From a virus (taxonomy: Duplodnaviria > Heunggongvirae > Uroviricota > Caudoviricetes), in the IMG/VR virus record IMGVR_UViG_2718217795_000004: a stretch of 47,262 bases of DNA; one strand, written 5' to 3'. The notes beneath the pieces are model-generated. The model was not told where the DNA came from. It ran no database searches and was given only the letters and a program-made list of their open reading frames with translations. Below are positions 20,494 through 30,105 of this stretch, one piece after another. Position 1 is the stretch's first letter. Every line of letters starts with the position of its first letter. Both the position numbers and the translations under genes were made by a program.

Positions 20494-21880
20494 TGATTTC
20501 CATCAGCATTACACTCTGATTTTTTAATTCATCGATCACTTCCTCTGGACGGGAATCCTGATCGATAAATTTCAACGCCTGCAACACCCGAACCGCATCA
20601 ATCTGACGTATATCACCGCCCTGACGCAATGACTGAACAGCCAGCGCGGAGGATGAGTCAAACACCTGGGCAGATACATCCAGTTCAGTGCGCACATCCA
20701 CATTGCCACCGCAACTCTCTCCGCTCCATTCCGCCATTATCTGGAGAATATTATCGAGGGCATCTTCGAGGGAGTTCGCCATTGTATAAAGCGGCGAGTG
20801 TTCCTGCATCCGCTCTTCATTAGTCTGATCAACAGATTTGGTGGATGTATTTTCAGCCCGCAGAAGTTTAGCGCCGGCATGACGCATCTGATTTTCCAGC
20901 TTCTCAAGTGATGTTTCGCCAGATTCTATCGCTGCGCCACTATGTTCAACATATTCGAGGCCATTTTTTGTTCTGTCCTCAAAAATCGTAGCGGTGGATG
21001 CACCAACCGTCAGTTCTTCATTCCTGTCCAGCCCGTAGGCCACCAGCAATGGAACGCGGGCAACATGAAGAATATTGTCCTGCTCGCTCTGGCTTTGCCA
21101 GTGCTTGATATTCAGCAAGCCAAGATTAAGCAATGGCGGTGTACCACGCATAAACCCTGTTTTCTTCGTATACAGTGTTACCAGAGGAATATCATCACGG
21201 CTGGTATTCCATGACTCATGAAGCATCCAGACAGATTCGCCATTAGTACCTTCGCTGCGTCGATAAATTTCTACTCGACGGGGCATAATATGGCGGATCT
21301 GCTCCACCTTCTTCTGCCCGAAATCATCACCATCAATAATGATGACCTCTTTTATACGCAAATCAGTGAGAACAACTTTCCCTTTTTCAACTTTCGATTT
21401 CCATCCAATAACCTGGCGTGGATTCAGCATCGTAACGTACGGGCGACCACCGGCCGCGTTTTCATCGGCTTTTGTCCGAATCTCGTTCATATCCGTTCGT
21501 GGATAGTCCACCAGCGCATGTGCCACACCATACTGAAATGCGAGACTGAAAAATTGCTGCGCCCACACATCCAGTCGGCTCCCCTCCATGTCGATATTTT
21601 CTGCATATTCCCTGATTTTTTCCGGCGTTTCCTCACTCAATACTGTCGGCTCTGCAAATATGCGCCCAATATTTTGTTTGATGCTTTCTTCATACACAGG
21701 AAGTAGCGTAGCCACAGACAGGCGTTTTTTATAAGCGTCTTCATCTTCATTAGGCCATTTGGGGAGATAATTTTCCCCCTGCCTGCGCATTTCAAGCGTA
21801 CCGCCCATCAATGCGTCGTTAATATCCCACGCCTCCAGCATATCGTTATAGTCGAGGTTGGGTGTTGATATATCAGCCAT
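20474..21880 (-). CDS. portal protein
   Basis: 468 aa immediately downstream of the terminase large subunit; size and order typical. Confidence 0.8.
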   Translation of the reverse strand: MADISTPNLDYNDMLEAWDINDALMGGTLEMRRQGENYLPKWPNEDEDAYKKRLSVATLLPVYEESIKQNIGRIFAEPTVLSEETPEKIREYAENIDMEGSRLDVWAQQFFSLAFQYGVAHALVDYPRTDMNEIRTKADENAAGGRPYVTMLNPRQVIGWKSKVEKGKVVLTDLRIKEVIIIDGDDFGQKKVEQIRHIMPRRVEIYRRSEGTNGESVWMLHESWNTSRDDIPLVTLYTKKTGFMRGTPPLLNLGLLNIKHWQSQSEQDNILHVARVPLLVAYGLDRNEELTVGASTATIFEDRTKNGLEYVEHSGAAIESGETSLEKLENQMRHAGAKLLRAENTSTKSVDQTNEERMQEHSPLYTMANSLEDALDNILQIMAEWSGESCGGNVDVRTELDVSAQVFDSSSALAVQSLRQGGDIRQIDAVRVLQALKFIDQDSRPEEVIDELKNQSVMLMEINDANRE

Positions 21881-21882
21881 AA

Positions 21883-23193
21883 TTAAATCCGAAGTGATGT
21901 GACTCTTCCGGTCGGTTTGACAATAGGGAATTGCTTAACGATGAAATAACCTCCGGCATCATTCGGGTGATCATTGCCAGATTTTTTATCAGGCTCCCCC
22001 TTATCATCCCAGACCTGTTGCTCCAGAGATTCGGCATATACCGGACAACGCTTCACATTAACTTTATAGCGACGCTCACCATTGGCATTGCAGAACATTG
22101 CATTCATTGAGTTAACGCGATCTTTTACTGGCGGGTTCGAGCTGTTCACCACAACGTTAAAACCTGCCTGCTTAAGCTGGGCTATATCCGTCGTACTTGC
22201 GTTACTTGATTTTCTGGAATCTCCGGAAGCATCTGGATAAATATAAATCTCCCTCACTTTCCGGTAATCATGCCCGTCATACGGCCAGAAGCGTTCTTTA
22301 ATGAGGCGGATCATATCCGGCGTATCGTAGGCATTGATGATTTCAGTTACCGCACATGGAAGCCCCAAACGCAGCACATGGACGATTCCCGCCATCTTTC
22401 CAACGTTAAAATCCATCCCAATATAAATCGGCTCCCCTGGCTGCTCCACTTCTTCGCAATTATTCAGTTTCCGGTCAAACTGATGGTAAACAGTACCACT
22501 TGTCAGGTTAGTAAACCGTCCTAGAAGATAGGCTTTAATCAACTCTGGAGGGTATGATTCAAGAAGTGAAGGAATGTAATCTGCTGGCAGGTTCTTTTCA
22601 TTATCGAAAGTAGATGCCTGCACCAGACCATACAGTGAGGCCAGCTCTGTTTTTTCACGCACGGCTTTAACAAACTGCTCGTAGACAAATTTGAATCCTT
22701 CCGGCGTGGTTGTAACGTCAATACCGTTGCGAAGTCCATCAATCTTATAACGCATACGCGCAATTATCTTGCGCCACGCCGTTCTGGCTTTTTCCTTCGG
22801 CAAAATATCCAGTTCATCCACCAGCGCATTACCAATTTTGAAACCGACGATCGTTTGTGGCTTCTCCATCGATCTGCAGATAGTGGTTCCCCGATACTGG
22901 CGTCCGTAATAAAAGTGAACCTCTTTATTTCCCTCATTAATTTTTACGTTCAATCCCCAGTCAGCAGCAACTTCTTCCACTGTAGGGTAAAAAATATCGC
23001 GAATTTGGGGATACGTTGGCGCAAAATATCCCTGATTTATACCTGGATGCTCCCAAATCCCCTTGCATATGCCGCCACACCCAACCCATGTTTTGCCCGA
23101 GCCAAAACCAGCAATATAGGCTTTAAATTTATGGGGCATTGAAAGAAATCGCGCCTGAGGCACATTAAGCGTCGGAGAGATCATCTTCATCAC
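21883..23193 (-). CDS. terminase large subunit
   Basis: 436 aa; Walker A-like GFGSGKT near the N-terminus; position upstream of portal. Confidence 0.9.
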   Translation of the reverse strand: MMKMISPTLNVPQARFLSMPHKFKAYIAGFGSGKTWVGCGGICKGIWEHPGINQGYFAPTYPQIRDIFYPTVEEVAADWGLNVKINEGNKEVHFYYGRQYRGTTICRSMEKPQTIVGFKIGNALVDELDILPKEKARTAWRKIIARMRYKIDGLRNGIDVTTTPEGFKFVYEQFVKAVREKTELASLYGLVQASTFDNEKNLPADYIPSLLESYPPELIKAYLLGRFTNLTSGTVYHQFDRKLNNCEEVEQPGEPIYIGMDFNVGKMAGIVHVLRLGLPCAVTEIINAYDTPDMIRLIKERFWPYDGHDYRKVREIYIYPDASGDSRKSSNASTTDIAQLKQAGFNVVVNSSNPPVKDRVNSMNAMFCNANGERRYKVNVKRCPVYAESLEQQVWDDKGEPDKKSGNDHPNDAGGYFIVKQFPIVKPTGRVTSLRI

Positions 23194-24259
23194 TCCTTAA
23201 TCTGGCATCAACCACATTAATATTGATCGCCACAGGCTGGGGATGTTCATTATCCTCCACCGTTTCGATCTCTTTGCGCAGCTTCTGGTTTTCTATTCTG
23301 CGCCGTTCAATTTCCAGTTCCTGTAGCCGCTTATCTGCACATAATGCCCCGCCAGCAGAAAGCAAACGCAACAATTCACGCCGGGCGGCAGCCTTATCCT
23401 CCAGCAGGATCTCAACACCGTATTTTCCGAGCTTTGACCCTGCATATAATTGCCGCGCATCCCCATCAAGCAGTGTGGTATCAGCCATATAAAGCTGTCC
23501 CGTTCCCTCACCGCAGCACTTCGGGCAATCCGGATTGGGTATGGCGTTATCAACAAAGCCGAGGCCTCCATATTCCGGCTCGGGTTTACCATCTCTGGAG
23601 GCCTGTGCCGCAGCCTTATCGAATTCTGCAATATCACGCCACTGGTAGAGATGATTCTCGCCCCAGCAATAACGGCAGTTAACACGGCGAAATTGTGCCA
23701 ACTGATTGGGGTCGGCCTGGACAATGGCCATCAACTGGCTCACCAGTAAATCCAGGTCTGCGGTATGGCGTTTCTGGTACTGATTGCGGAAGTAGCTGAT
23801 AGCACGATAAACCCTGGCATTTCTAAGCATACGGCTGGCGTTGCTGTTAGCTGTCGCACCTTGCCCCTCATAACCAGCCAGTCGGTATGCCTCTGTCGGC
23901 TTTTTCCCCTGAGCAACCAACATGGCGAATTTTGCCTGCTGGTCAGAAATACCGAATTCATCGGGGCAGAACGAAATTTCTTCCGTGTCCCCCTCAATCA
24001 GGAGTGCATCGGATACAGCCTTTTTTTTCTGAGATTTTCCGTTCTGCCTTTGCGCAGTCTGCGCAGTTTTTTTTCGCGCACTTTTTTGCGCAGTTTTGCG
24101 CATTTCTTTCTGCGCATTTTTCGGAGTTTTTTTGATGTAACGACGGGCTGTTGCGTAGTTCAGTCCCCTTGCTTCACACCATGCCACCGGAGATATACCG
24201 GAGCGGGTGTATTCAGCAATATACTCCTGCTGCAACGCCCCCCAGTCCGGTCTGCTCAT
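23165..24259 (-). CDS. terminase small subunit (with N-terminal HTH extension)
   Basis: 364 aa; Terminase_2-like motif (KFAMLVAQGKKPTEAYRLAGYEG..ANSNASRMLRNARV); overlaps the large subunit start. Confidence 0.7.
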   Translation of the reverse strand: MSRPDWGALQQEYIAEYTRSGISPVAWCEARGLNYATARRYIKKTPKNAQKEMRKTAQKSARKKTAQTAQRQNGKSQKKKAVSDALLIEGDTEEISFCPDEFGISDQQAKFAMLVAQGKKPTEAYRLAGYEGQGATANSNASRMLRNARVYRAISYFRNQYQKRHTADLDLLVSQLMAIVQADPNQLAQFRRVNCRYCWGENHLYQWRDIAEFDKAAAQASRDGKPEPEYGGLGFVDNAIPNPDCPKCCGEGTGQLYMADTTLLDGDARQLYAGSKLGKYGVEILLEDKAAARRELLRLLSAGGALCADKRLQELEIERRRIENQKLRKEIETVEDNEHPQPVAININVVDARLRSDEDDLSDA

Positions 24260-24262
24260 CAG

Positions 24263-24514
24263 TTAGTCCTGATTTTTATCCACCCTGAGTAGTTCGCGCA
24301 GAGCAAAGGCATCCCCTTTTCTGGCAAGCTTAAACAATGCCGCTCGTAACTCGGCTTCACCTTTCGCTCTGCCCTTACGGATGGCCGCATAAAAATCTGT
24401 CATTGCTTCCCGATTTTCTTTCAGTCGGTTCAGATCAACATCCAGAACGTCAGCGATTTGTTGTGCAGTCATCCGGCACGCTGCCAGAGACTCGACTTTC
24501 GAATACGGAATCAT
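24263..24514 (-). CDS. small HTH-like DNA-binding protein (83 aa)
   Basis: Helix-turn-helix-like segment (MTAQQIADVLDVDLNRLKENR); immediately upstream of the terminase small subunit. Confidence 0.45.
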   Translation of the reverse strand: MIPYSKVESLAACRMTAQQIADVLDVDLNRLKENREAMTDFYAAIRKGRAKGEAELRAALFKLARKGDAFALRELLRVDKNQD

Positions 24515-25382
24515 TTGTCACCCCCATTGATATGCAGGGTGTCTTCTTCCTGTATTTTTCGTGAAGGATTTTTACTGCAGCGTTGTTCCAGGTGACCTGA
24601 TGGTGAATGCGTTTATGGCTGGCACCCATCAGTGAGATTTTTACGCACGACGGCGCATACATGACGGAGTAAAAACTTTTAACGTAGGTTCCGTAATCCA
24701 GATACAGCTCGGTCATTCCGCCGCTGTTTTTCTGCGTCTGTTTCTGCCCTAACTGGACAGCACCGATCGTCATAAACAATTCACCACAGCGACCGAGATT
24801 CGTGTACGTATTCACATCCTCGTTAATGCGCCCCATGAATGAGAACGGTCGATCAACCGAACAGATAAAGCTGTTCATTGCCTTGCGTTTCACCCACGAA
24901 GCATGGCCGCCATTGTCACCAAGAAAATCCCCGCCCTGCGACATAGCGATGGAAAGCGCGGGTATTGATTCGTAATACGCCAGCATTTCAGAAAGGATCG
25001 CATCCAGTTTCCTTATCGGGAAATAGGCCTGGTCATAGTTGCGATCCACCCGAAACTGGAACTCGTGATAATCATCATCGAGCTGAATGAAGTATTTACA
25101 CCCGACCAGTTTTGCCAGGTCGAAACAGGCATTACGGGCGTAAAAAATTGAGCGGCGGTCACCAAAATTATCGGCTTCGTCAAAACGACTGGCAATATCG
25201 GCTTTGGAAAATACCAGCACCTGTTCACCAAATTCAGCCATGTACTGATGCCGTGTCTTATCTTCATCATCAACAACGATAAAAATTTTCCCGGTATAGC
25301 CAGCACGACGCAACGTCCGGTAAGTCAGAACTTTGTCCGGTCGCCCGTGAGTCAGAATAAAGGCGCAAAAATCATCACGCAT
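24450..25382 (-). CDS. GT-A-fold-like protein (putative nucleotide-sugar transferase; ydaY-position)
   Basis: 310 aa; N-terminal hydrophobic strand (CAFILTHGRP), VVDDED near residue 37 and a DDD (DxD-like) motif near residue 102, spacing typical of GT-A folds; overlaps the ParB-like gene stop. Confidence 0.55.
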   Translation of the reverse strand: MRDDFCAFILTHGRPDKVLTYRTLRRAGYTGKIFIVVDDEDKTRHQYMAEFGEQVLVFSKADIASRFDEADNFGDRRSIFYARNACFDLAKLVGCKYFIQLDDDYHEFQFRVDRNYDQAYFPIRKLDAILSEMLAYYESIPALSIAMSQGGDFLGDNGGHASWVKRKAMNSFICSVDRPFSFMGRINEDVNTYTNLGRCGELFMTIGAVQLGQKQTQKNSGGMTELYLDYGTYVKSFYSVMYAPSCVKISLMGASHKRIHHQVTWNNAAVKILHEKYRKKTPCISMGVTNDSVFESRVSGSVPDDCTTNR

Positions 25383-26163
25383 ATTCCTCCTCCCCGCTAT
25401 GCATGATCGCCACCATGCGCTGCGTCATTCGGACAAATCCATTTTCAATAGCCTGCTGATAATCAATGATCACCAGCGCCGACTCCTCGAAAAGGCACTG
25501 AATTTCAGCGGGGGCATGAGCGTAATAGTCCGCAATTCTGCTGAAATTAAACACCGTGTGACGTTCTGCCGCACACAGGAGGAATTTCTCAATATCAGGA
25601 TCAAGGGACGCCGAACGTATCCGGCTGATCAGCTCCTGAGTTTTCGTATCGTCGTACAGTTCACTGATATCCGGTTTACCGCCCGACGGCTCATAAACAG
25701 GCGTATCAATTTTCGTCGTATACGGCTCCTCCTTATTTCCTGTACCGGGCAAAACATCCGTCAACAGTTCATCAATTTCTGTCGGGCCGAAGCCTGTCAG
25801 GGAGACATCAAAATCAGCATTGATTAGGTCCGACAGCTCCATCCGCAATAGATCTTCATCCCAGCCAGCATTCATCGGTAGGCGATTATCTGCCAGGCGG
25901 TACGCCTTTTTCTGCTCATCCGTCAGGCCAGACAGAACAATGACCGGAACAGAATCCATTTTGAGCATTTCAGCCGCCATAACACGACCGTGACCCGCAA
26001 TAATTTCGCCCTTTTCGTCAATCAGCACCGGATTAGTCCAGCCGAATTGCTTAATACTTTCTACCAGTTGTGCCACCTGCTCAGTACTGTGCGTCCTGGC
26101 GTTGTGCGCATACGGTGACAATTCTTGTAATGGGCGATAGACTATCTTTAATTTCTCGCTCAT
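25375..26163 (-). CDS. ParB-like nuclease-domain protein (ynaK-position)
   Basis: 262 aa; N-terminal ParB/Srx-like segment (ELSPYAHNARTHSTEQVAQLVESIKQFGWTNPVLIDEKGEIIAGHGRVMAA). Confidence 0.75.
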   Translation of the reverse strand: MSEKLKIVYRPLQELSPYAHNARTHSTEQVAQLVESIKQFGWTNPVLIDEKGEIIAGHGRVMAAEMLKMDSVPVIVLSGLTDEQKKAYRLADNRLPMNAGWDEDLLRMELSDLINADFDVSLTGFGPTEIDELLTDVLPGTGNKEEPYTTKIDTPVYEPSGGKPDISELYDDTKTQELISRIRSASLDPDIEKFLLCAAERHTVFNFSRIADYYAHAPAEIQCLFEESALVIIDYQQAIENGFVRMTQRMVAIMHSGEEEYA

Positions 26164-26180
26164 ACAGCCTTGCTTTATGA

Positions 26181-26214
26181 ATAAAACGCACCCCAGCAGC
26201 CAGTGCTACTGGGG
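26181..26214 (-). terminator. terminator-like hairpin downstream of trkG
   Basis: Minus-strand 9-bp stem (one mismatch) followed by a short U-run. Confidence 0.35.
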
Positions 26215-26300
26215 GCGGAGGTGTTGCTGGTAAAGTTAGGTATTGGATCAATGAGTGAGTCAATATAATATTAAACTCACAATTATAAATCAGCCATATA

Positions 26301-27776
26301 TTAGGAGCGCCAAAAAAAACCTGAAAACAATATAATAACAGGATAAATTTCAAGGCGACCAAGAATCATAGCTATGCACATTAAATATTTTGCAATGTCA
26401 TTAAGCACTCCGAATGACGATGCAGTAGCCCCAAAACCTAATCCCATATTATTAATACATGCAGCCACTGTTGCAAATGATGTAAGAAAATCATATCCCA
26501 TACCATTTAACACCAGTATAAAAAACACCGTGAAGAGAGTATAAAGAAAAAAGAAACTCCATACAGACCTCATTACACGATCTGTAACTATCTTCCCTCC
26601 TACATTTACACTCAACAACGCTCTGGGATGAGAAAGCTGATTTATCTCGTGTTTGCTTTGTTTGAAAAGTATAAGAAATCGAAGTGACTTAATTCCACCA
26701 CAAGTTGAACCTATACATCCCCCAAAGAAACTTGACAACAGCAAAAACACTATCGTGTGCGTGGGCCAGTTTGCATAATCCTGCGTAGCTAAACCATTAT
26801 CAGTGAGCATGGAGCTGGCAAGAAAAAACGAATGAATAAAACTTCCATGCAAGTCATACATACCTATATGCCAGACCTGGAAAGAGGTAACAATGATCAC
26901 CCCTAAGGCTATTAACAGAAAGAAACGAAGTTCAATATCTCTGATTAAAGGTTTTATCGTTTTCCTGCTAATAACAATATACCAAAGAGTGAAGTTGAAA
27001 GCCGATAGCAGGGAAAAAGAACCAGCCACCAGCTCAACCAAATAGTTATTAAAATATCCGATACTCTCGCTATGAGTTGAGAAACCACCAAGCGAAACTG
27101 TGGAAATCCCGTGACAAATAGCATCAAACAAAGGCATTCCTGCAAGTCTATAACAGACAATACAAGCAATACCTAATAAAGAATAAGTTATCCACAGTGT
27201 CCGTGACGTATCGGCCAGGCGGGGAGTGAGTTTGTCATCCTTAAATGGCCCCGGCATTTCTGACTGATAAAGCTTTGCACCACCAATACCCAATAATGGC
27301 AATACAGCAACCGCCAGAACAATAACTCCTAAACCACCTATAAAATTTAACTGTGACCGATAGTACAAATATGCCCGAGGTAATGAACTAACATCATCAA
27401 TTACAGTTGCTCCTGTTGTTGTTATTCCAGAAACCCCTTCAAACAGAGCATCAATGAACGTTAAATTAAGTTCTGAGTCAATCCATAAAGGGAATGCACT
27501 AATAACAGAAAACAAAATCCAAAACATTACAATTATAATAAACCCATCACGGGTACGTAATTGAATGCCAGATTTCTTAGTTGTATACCACGCTCCGCCA
27601 CCAATGCAAAAAAATATAACGAAAGTTATAAAGAAAACGAATAGGCTTTTTTCTTTATAAAACAATGCTACAACCATTGGTGGCAACATTGAAAGACTAT
27701 AGAGCCAAACCAGGAACCCACACATATGAGTAACAACTCTTACATGAGATGTATTCATATCTAAATATTCTTTCAA
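26301..27776 (-). CDS. trkG: TrkH/TrkG-family potassium uptake protein
   Basis: 491 aa polytopic membrane protein with repeated GxG-containing pore-like segments; visibly AT-rich gene; matches the known Rac cargo gene trkG. Confidence 0.9.
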   Translation of the reverse strand: MKEYLDMNTSHVRVVTHMCGFLVWLYSLSMLPPMVVALFYKEKSLFVFFITFVIFFCIGGGAWYTTKKSGIQLRTRDGFIIIVMFWILFSVISAFPLWIDSELNLTFIDALFEGVSGITTTGATVIDDVSSLPRAYLYYRSQLNFIGGLGVIVLAVAVLPLLGIGGAKLYQSEMPGPFKDDKLTPRLADTSRTLWITYSLLGIACIVCYRLAGMPLFDAICHGISTVSLGGFSTHSESIGYFNNYLVELVAGSFSLLSAFNFTLWYIVISRKTIKPLIRDIELRFFLLIALGVIIVTSFQVWHIGMYDLHGSFIHSFFLASSMLTDNGLATQDYANWPTHTIVFLLLSSFFGGCIGSTCGGIKSLRFLILFKQSKHEINQLSHPRALLSVNVGGKIVTDRVMRSVWSFFFLYTLFTVFFILVLNGMGYDFLTSFATVAACINNMGLGFGATASSFGVLNDIAKYLMCIAMILGRLEIYPVIILFSGFFWRS

Positions 27777-27895
27777 TTATAACCACCTTGCTGCAATATT
27801 ATGATTATACTGTATAAAATTTAACTCCTCTTAGATCTTACTTCACTGTTCCTTATGAAACAATCATCAAAATGAATCATATTGTAGTTAAGATT

Positions 27896-28360
27896 TTACT
27901 TTAAACACTGTTCGGTTATGTATTGCTGAGCACCTTCAAGTTGGGCCTGCATCATTACCAGTCGTTCCCGGAGGGTGAAATAATCCCGTTCAGCGGTGTC
28001 TGCCAGTCGGGGGGAGGCTGCATTATCCACGCCGGAGGCGGTGGTGGCTTCACGCACTGACTGACAGACTGCTTTGATGTGCAACCGACGACGACCAGCG
28101 GCAACATCATCACGCAGAGCATCATTTTCAGCTTTCGCATCAGCTAACTCCTTCGTGTATTTTGCATCGAGCGCAGCAACATCACGCTGACGCATCTGCA
28201 TGTCAGTAATTGCCGCGTTCGCCAGCTTCAGTTCTCTGGCATTTTTGTCGCGCTGCTCTTTGTAGGCGGTGGCGTTATCACGGTAATGATTAACAGCCCA
28301 TGACAGGCAGACGATGATGCAGATAACCAGAGCATAAATAATCGCGGCGACTCTGCTCAC
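27896..28360 (-). CDS. Rz: spanin, inner-membrane subunit Rz
   Basis: N-terminal TM ([17 protein letters not shown]) plus coiled-coil; lambda Rz-like; probable GTG start at 28360 overlapping the endolysin stop (GTGA). Confidence 0.85.
   Translation of the reverse strand: MSRVAAIIYALVICIIVCLSWAVNHYRDNATAYKEQRDKNARELKLANAAITDMQMRQRDVAALDAKYTKELADAKAENDALRDDVAAGRRRLHIKAVCQSVREATTASGVDNAASPRLADTAERDYFTLRERLVMMQAQLEGAQQYITEQCLK
27955..28140 (-). CDS. Rz1: spanin, outer-membrane lipoprotein Rz1 (embedded in Rz, +1 frame)
   Basis: 61 aa; lipobox LPLVVVGC and PPPPP run; essentially identical to lambda Rz1 from recall. Confidence 0.85.
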   Translation of the reverse strand: MRKLKMMLCVMMLPLVVVGCTSKQSVSQCVKPPPPPAWIMQPPPDWQTPLNGIISPSGNDW

Positions 28361-28890
28361 TGATCTATCCCCCAACAGGCTAATGCGCTTTCCTGGTCAC
28401 GACGAATAACCTGTCCATAGCAGTTATTTGAACGTATGCGGCAATCGCGCCCACCATCTTTTATCCACCAGCGAATCGCCTCGCATGCACCCTTACGATC
28501 ACCGGCATTCAGCCGCTTATAAAACGTCGACGGGAAACACTTACCGGGGCCAATGTTATAGGGACAAAATGACGCTATACCCGCTTTCTGTGGTTCGGTC
28601 AGTGGTACTTTAATATTGCGCTCCACCCATGCCAGCGCCTTATCACGTTCAATAGCGTTAACCTGGTCGCATTTTTCCTTCGACAGCCTCATTCCCGGTA
28701 TGACGGGCTTACCATCCACCATTGTGGCACCACGACAGATGGTCCATATACCGGAACCATCGCGGTATGCCGTTGTGTGGTTACCTTCTTTTTCATCCAG
28801 AAACTGGTCGAGAATATCAGGCGCAGGCGCACCGACGGCAATCAGTGCCAGAACGGCAGCCGACAGGCCGTATCTGATTTTTGCGTTCAT
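28357..28890 (-). CDS. R: SAR endolysin (GH24 lysozyme, R21-type)
   Basis: 177 aa; Gly/Ala-rich N-terminal signal-anchor ([17 protein letters not shown]) then catalytic E..D..T pattern ([20 protein letters not shown]). Confidence 0.85.
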   Translation of the reverse strand: MNAKIRYGLSAAVLALIAVGAPAPDILDQFLDEKEGNHTTAYRDGSGIWTICRGATMVDGKPVIPGMRLSKEKCDQVNAIERDKALAWVERNIKVPLTEPQKAGIASFCPYNIGPGKCFPSTFYKRLNAGDRKGACEAIRWWIKDGGRDCRIRSNNCYGQVIRRDQESALACWGIDQ

Positions 28891-28995
28891 GGATATTTAT
28901 CAGGATTTATCGGTTTCTGAACCCTGGATATGTTTATCTGTCCCGGCCTGTTGAATCAGGCAAGGAATAGTTAAATACAATAGAGAGGATTGTTT

Positions 28996-29268
28996 ATGGA
29001 CAATAGCACCATTTCTCTACAGGAGTTGCTCGACTGCATTTCCAAGCTTCGGGATGATGTAAATGCCCTTACTGTCGCATTTTCATATCTGGCATTCTCA
29101 ATTCCCAAGGAACAAATGCAACCAACACTGGCATCGCTCCAGCTTGAATCACTCAACCCCAAATGGTCCCAGCAACAACAAAATTCTTTCAAGTGGCTGG
29201 CGGTATTACTGGAAGAAAAATATGCTGGTGAAATTACCATTTCGGCGGAGTCTTCAGTGAACCAGTAA
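28996..29268 (+). CDS. hypothetical protein (90 aa), opposite strand inside the lysis cassette
   Basis: ATG at 28996 with GAGAGGA SD; protein-like translation (MDNSTISLQELLDCISKLRDDVNALTVAF...); transcribed against the late operon. Confidence 0.55.
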   Translation: MDNSTISLQELLDCISKLRDDVNALTVAFSYLAFSIPKEQMQPTLASLQLESLNPKWSQQQQNSFKWLAVLLEEKYAGEITISAESSVNQ

Positions 29269-29578
29269 TTCTTCCCGGCAGTTTTCCTTTGTAGGTTATC
29301 CACACACCCTGCGCCTCTAAAATTATGGGGCGCTTTTCCGGTGACTGCTCATCCCCTTCACATAACCCTGCAGCAACATCCAGGAAGACCTGTCTGATGC
29401 TCCTTCTGGCTGCTGCCTCATAAAACTCCAGCGCGGCACCTTCAACACGGTCCAGCGAGATGTCCAGGTCTAAAATTTCACCGTCAAAGCGTTTTTTGTC
29501 CCGTAACGCTAAAGTTACCGTAACTTTATTCTCAAAATTGCGGATCCCTTTCACAATCAGTTCATAGTTTTGAGTCAT
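29234..29578 (-). CDS. hypothetical cytoplasmic protein (114 aa) between pinholin and endolysin
   Basis: ATG at 29578 with GGGGAGAG SD overlapping the pinholin stop; no TM segment. Confidence 0.5.
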   Translation of the reverse strand: MTQNYELIVKGIRNFENKVTVTLALRDKKRFDGEILDLDISLDRVEGAALEFYEAAARRSIRQVFLDVAAGLCEGDEQSPEKRPIILEAQGVWITYKGKLPGRITGSLKTPPKW

Positions 29579-29582
29579 TGAA

Positions 29583-29798
29583 TTACTCTCCCCGTGCCGC
29601 CTTACGACGGTCCTCTCTGATTTTGAAATACAGGTTAGTCAGATATGTCAGCAGCCCAAACAGCAGACTCCCCAGCACGCCTATTGCCGCCCACTGAGAC
29701 GGGGAAACCCTGTCCAGCAACTGCAGGAACCAGTAGCCCGTTCCCACCGCTGACGTGGTGTATGACACACCTGTTGTGATTTTTTCCATCTGGTCCAT
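29583..29798 (-). CDS. S: pinholin (phage 21 S-like) with dual-start motif
   Basis: 71 aa from MDQMEK (Met1/Met4); C-terminus [20 protein letters not shown] matches S21 from recall; GGAG SD upstream. Confidence 0.85.
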   Translation of the reverse strand: MDQMEKITTGVSYTTSAVGTGYWFLQLLDRVSPSQWAAIGVLGSLLFGLLTYLTNLYFKIREDRRKAARGE

Positions 29799-30105
29799 AC
29801 CCCGTCTCCCGTTATCCGGAAGCTGACAACAATAAAAAAGCCACCAGTTAACTACTGATGGCTCTGATAACTCATGCAAGCGTCTCAGACGATCCACTGA
29901 CACTACCGGTGAGTTTAACGATACCTTCCATTTGACTGGCTCACTTTTTATGATGATGCCGGTGTATTTATCTCCAGCACCAGACTTTCTATCTCAACGC
30001 CATACGTTGCATTTTTGGTAATATCCGTCAGCGTCAGTGCATTTAGTCCCACTGCCAGACCGTCTTTTATGGCCTGGAATGCCGGGCCAGTACGATGACG
30101 TAGTA

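Noticed and set aside
26081-26362. 93-aa minus-strand ORF spanning the ParB-like gene start and the trkG end
   Set aside because: Overlaps two well-supported genes in another frame and crosses the terminator-like hairpin.
28971-29303. 110-aa minus-strand ORF in the lysis cassette
   Set aside because: Overlaps the plus-strand ORF 28996-29268, which has a proper SD and a more protein-like sequence; this frame is Ser/Cys-rich and lacks an SD.
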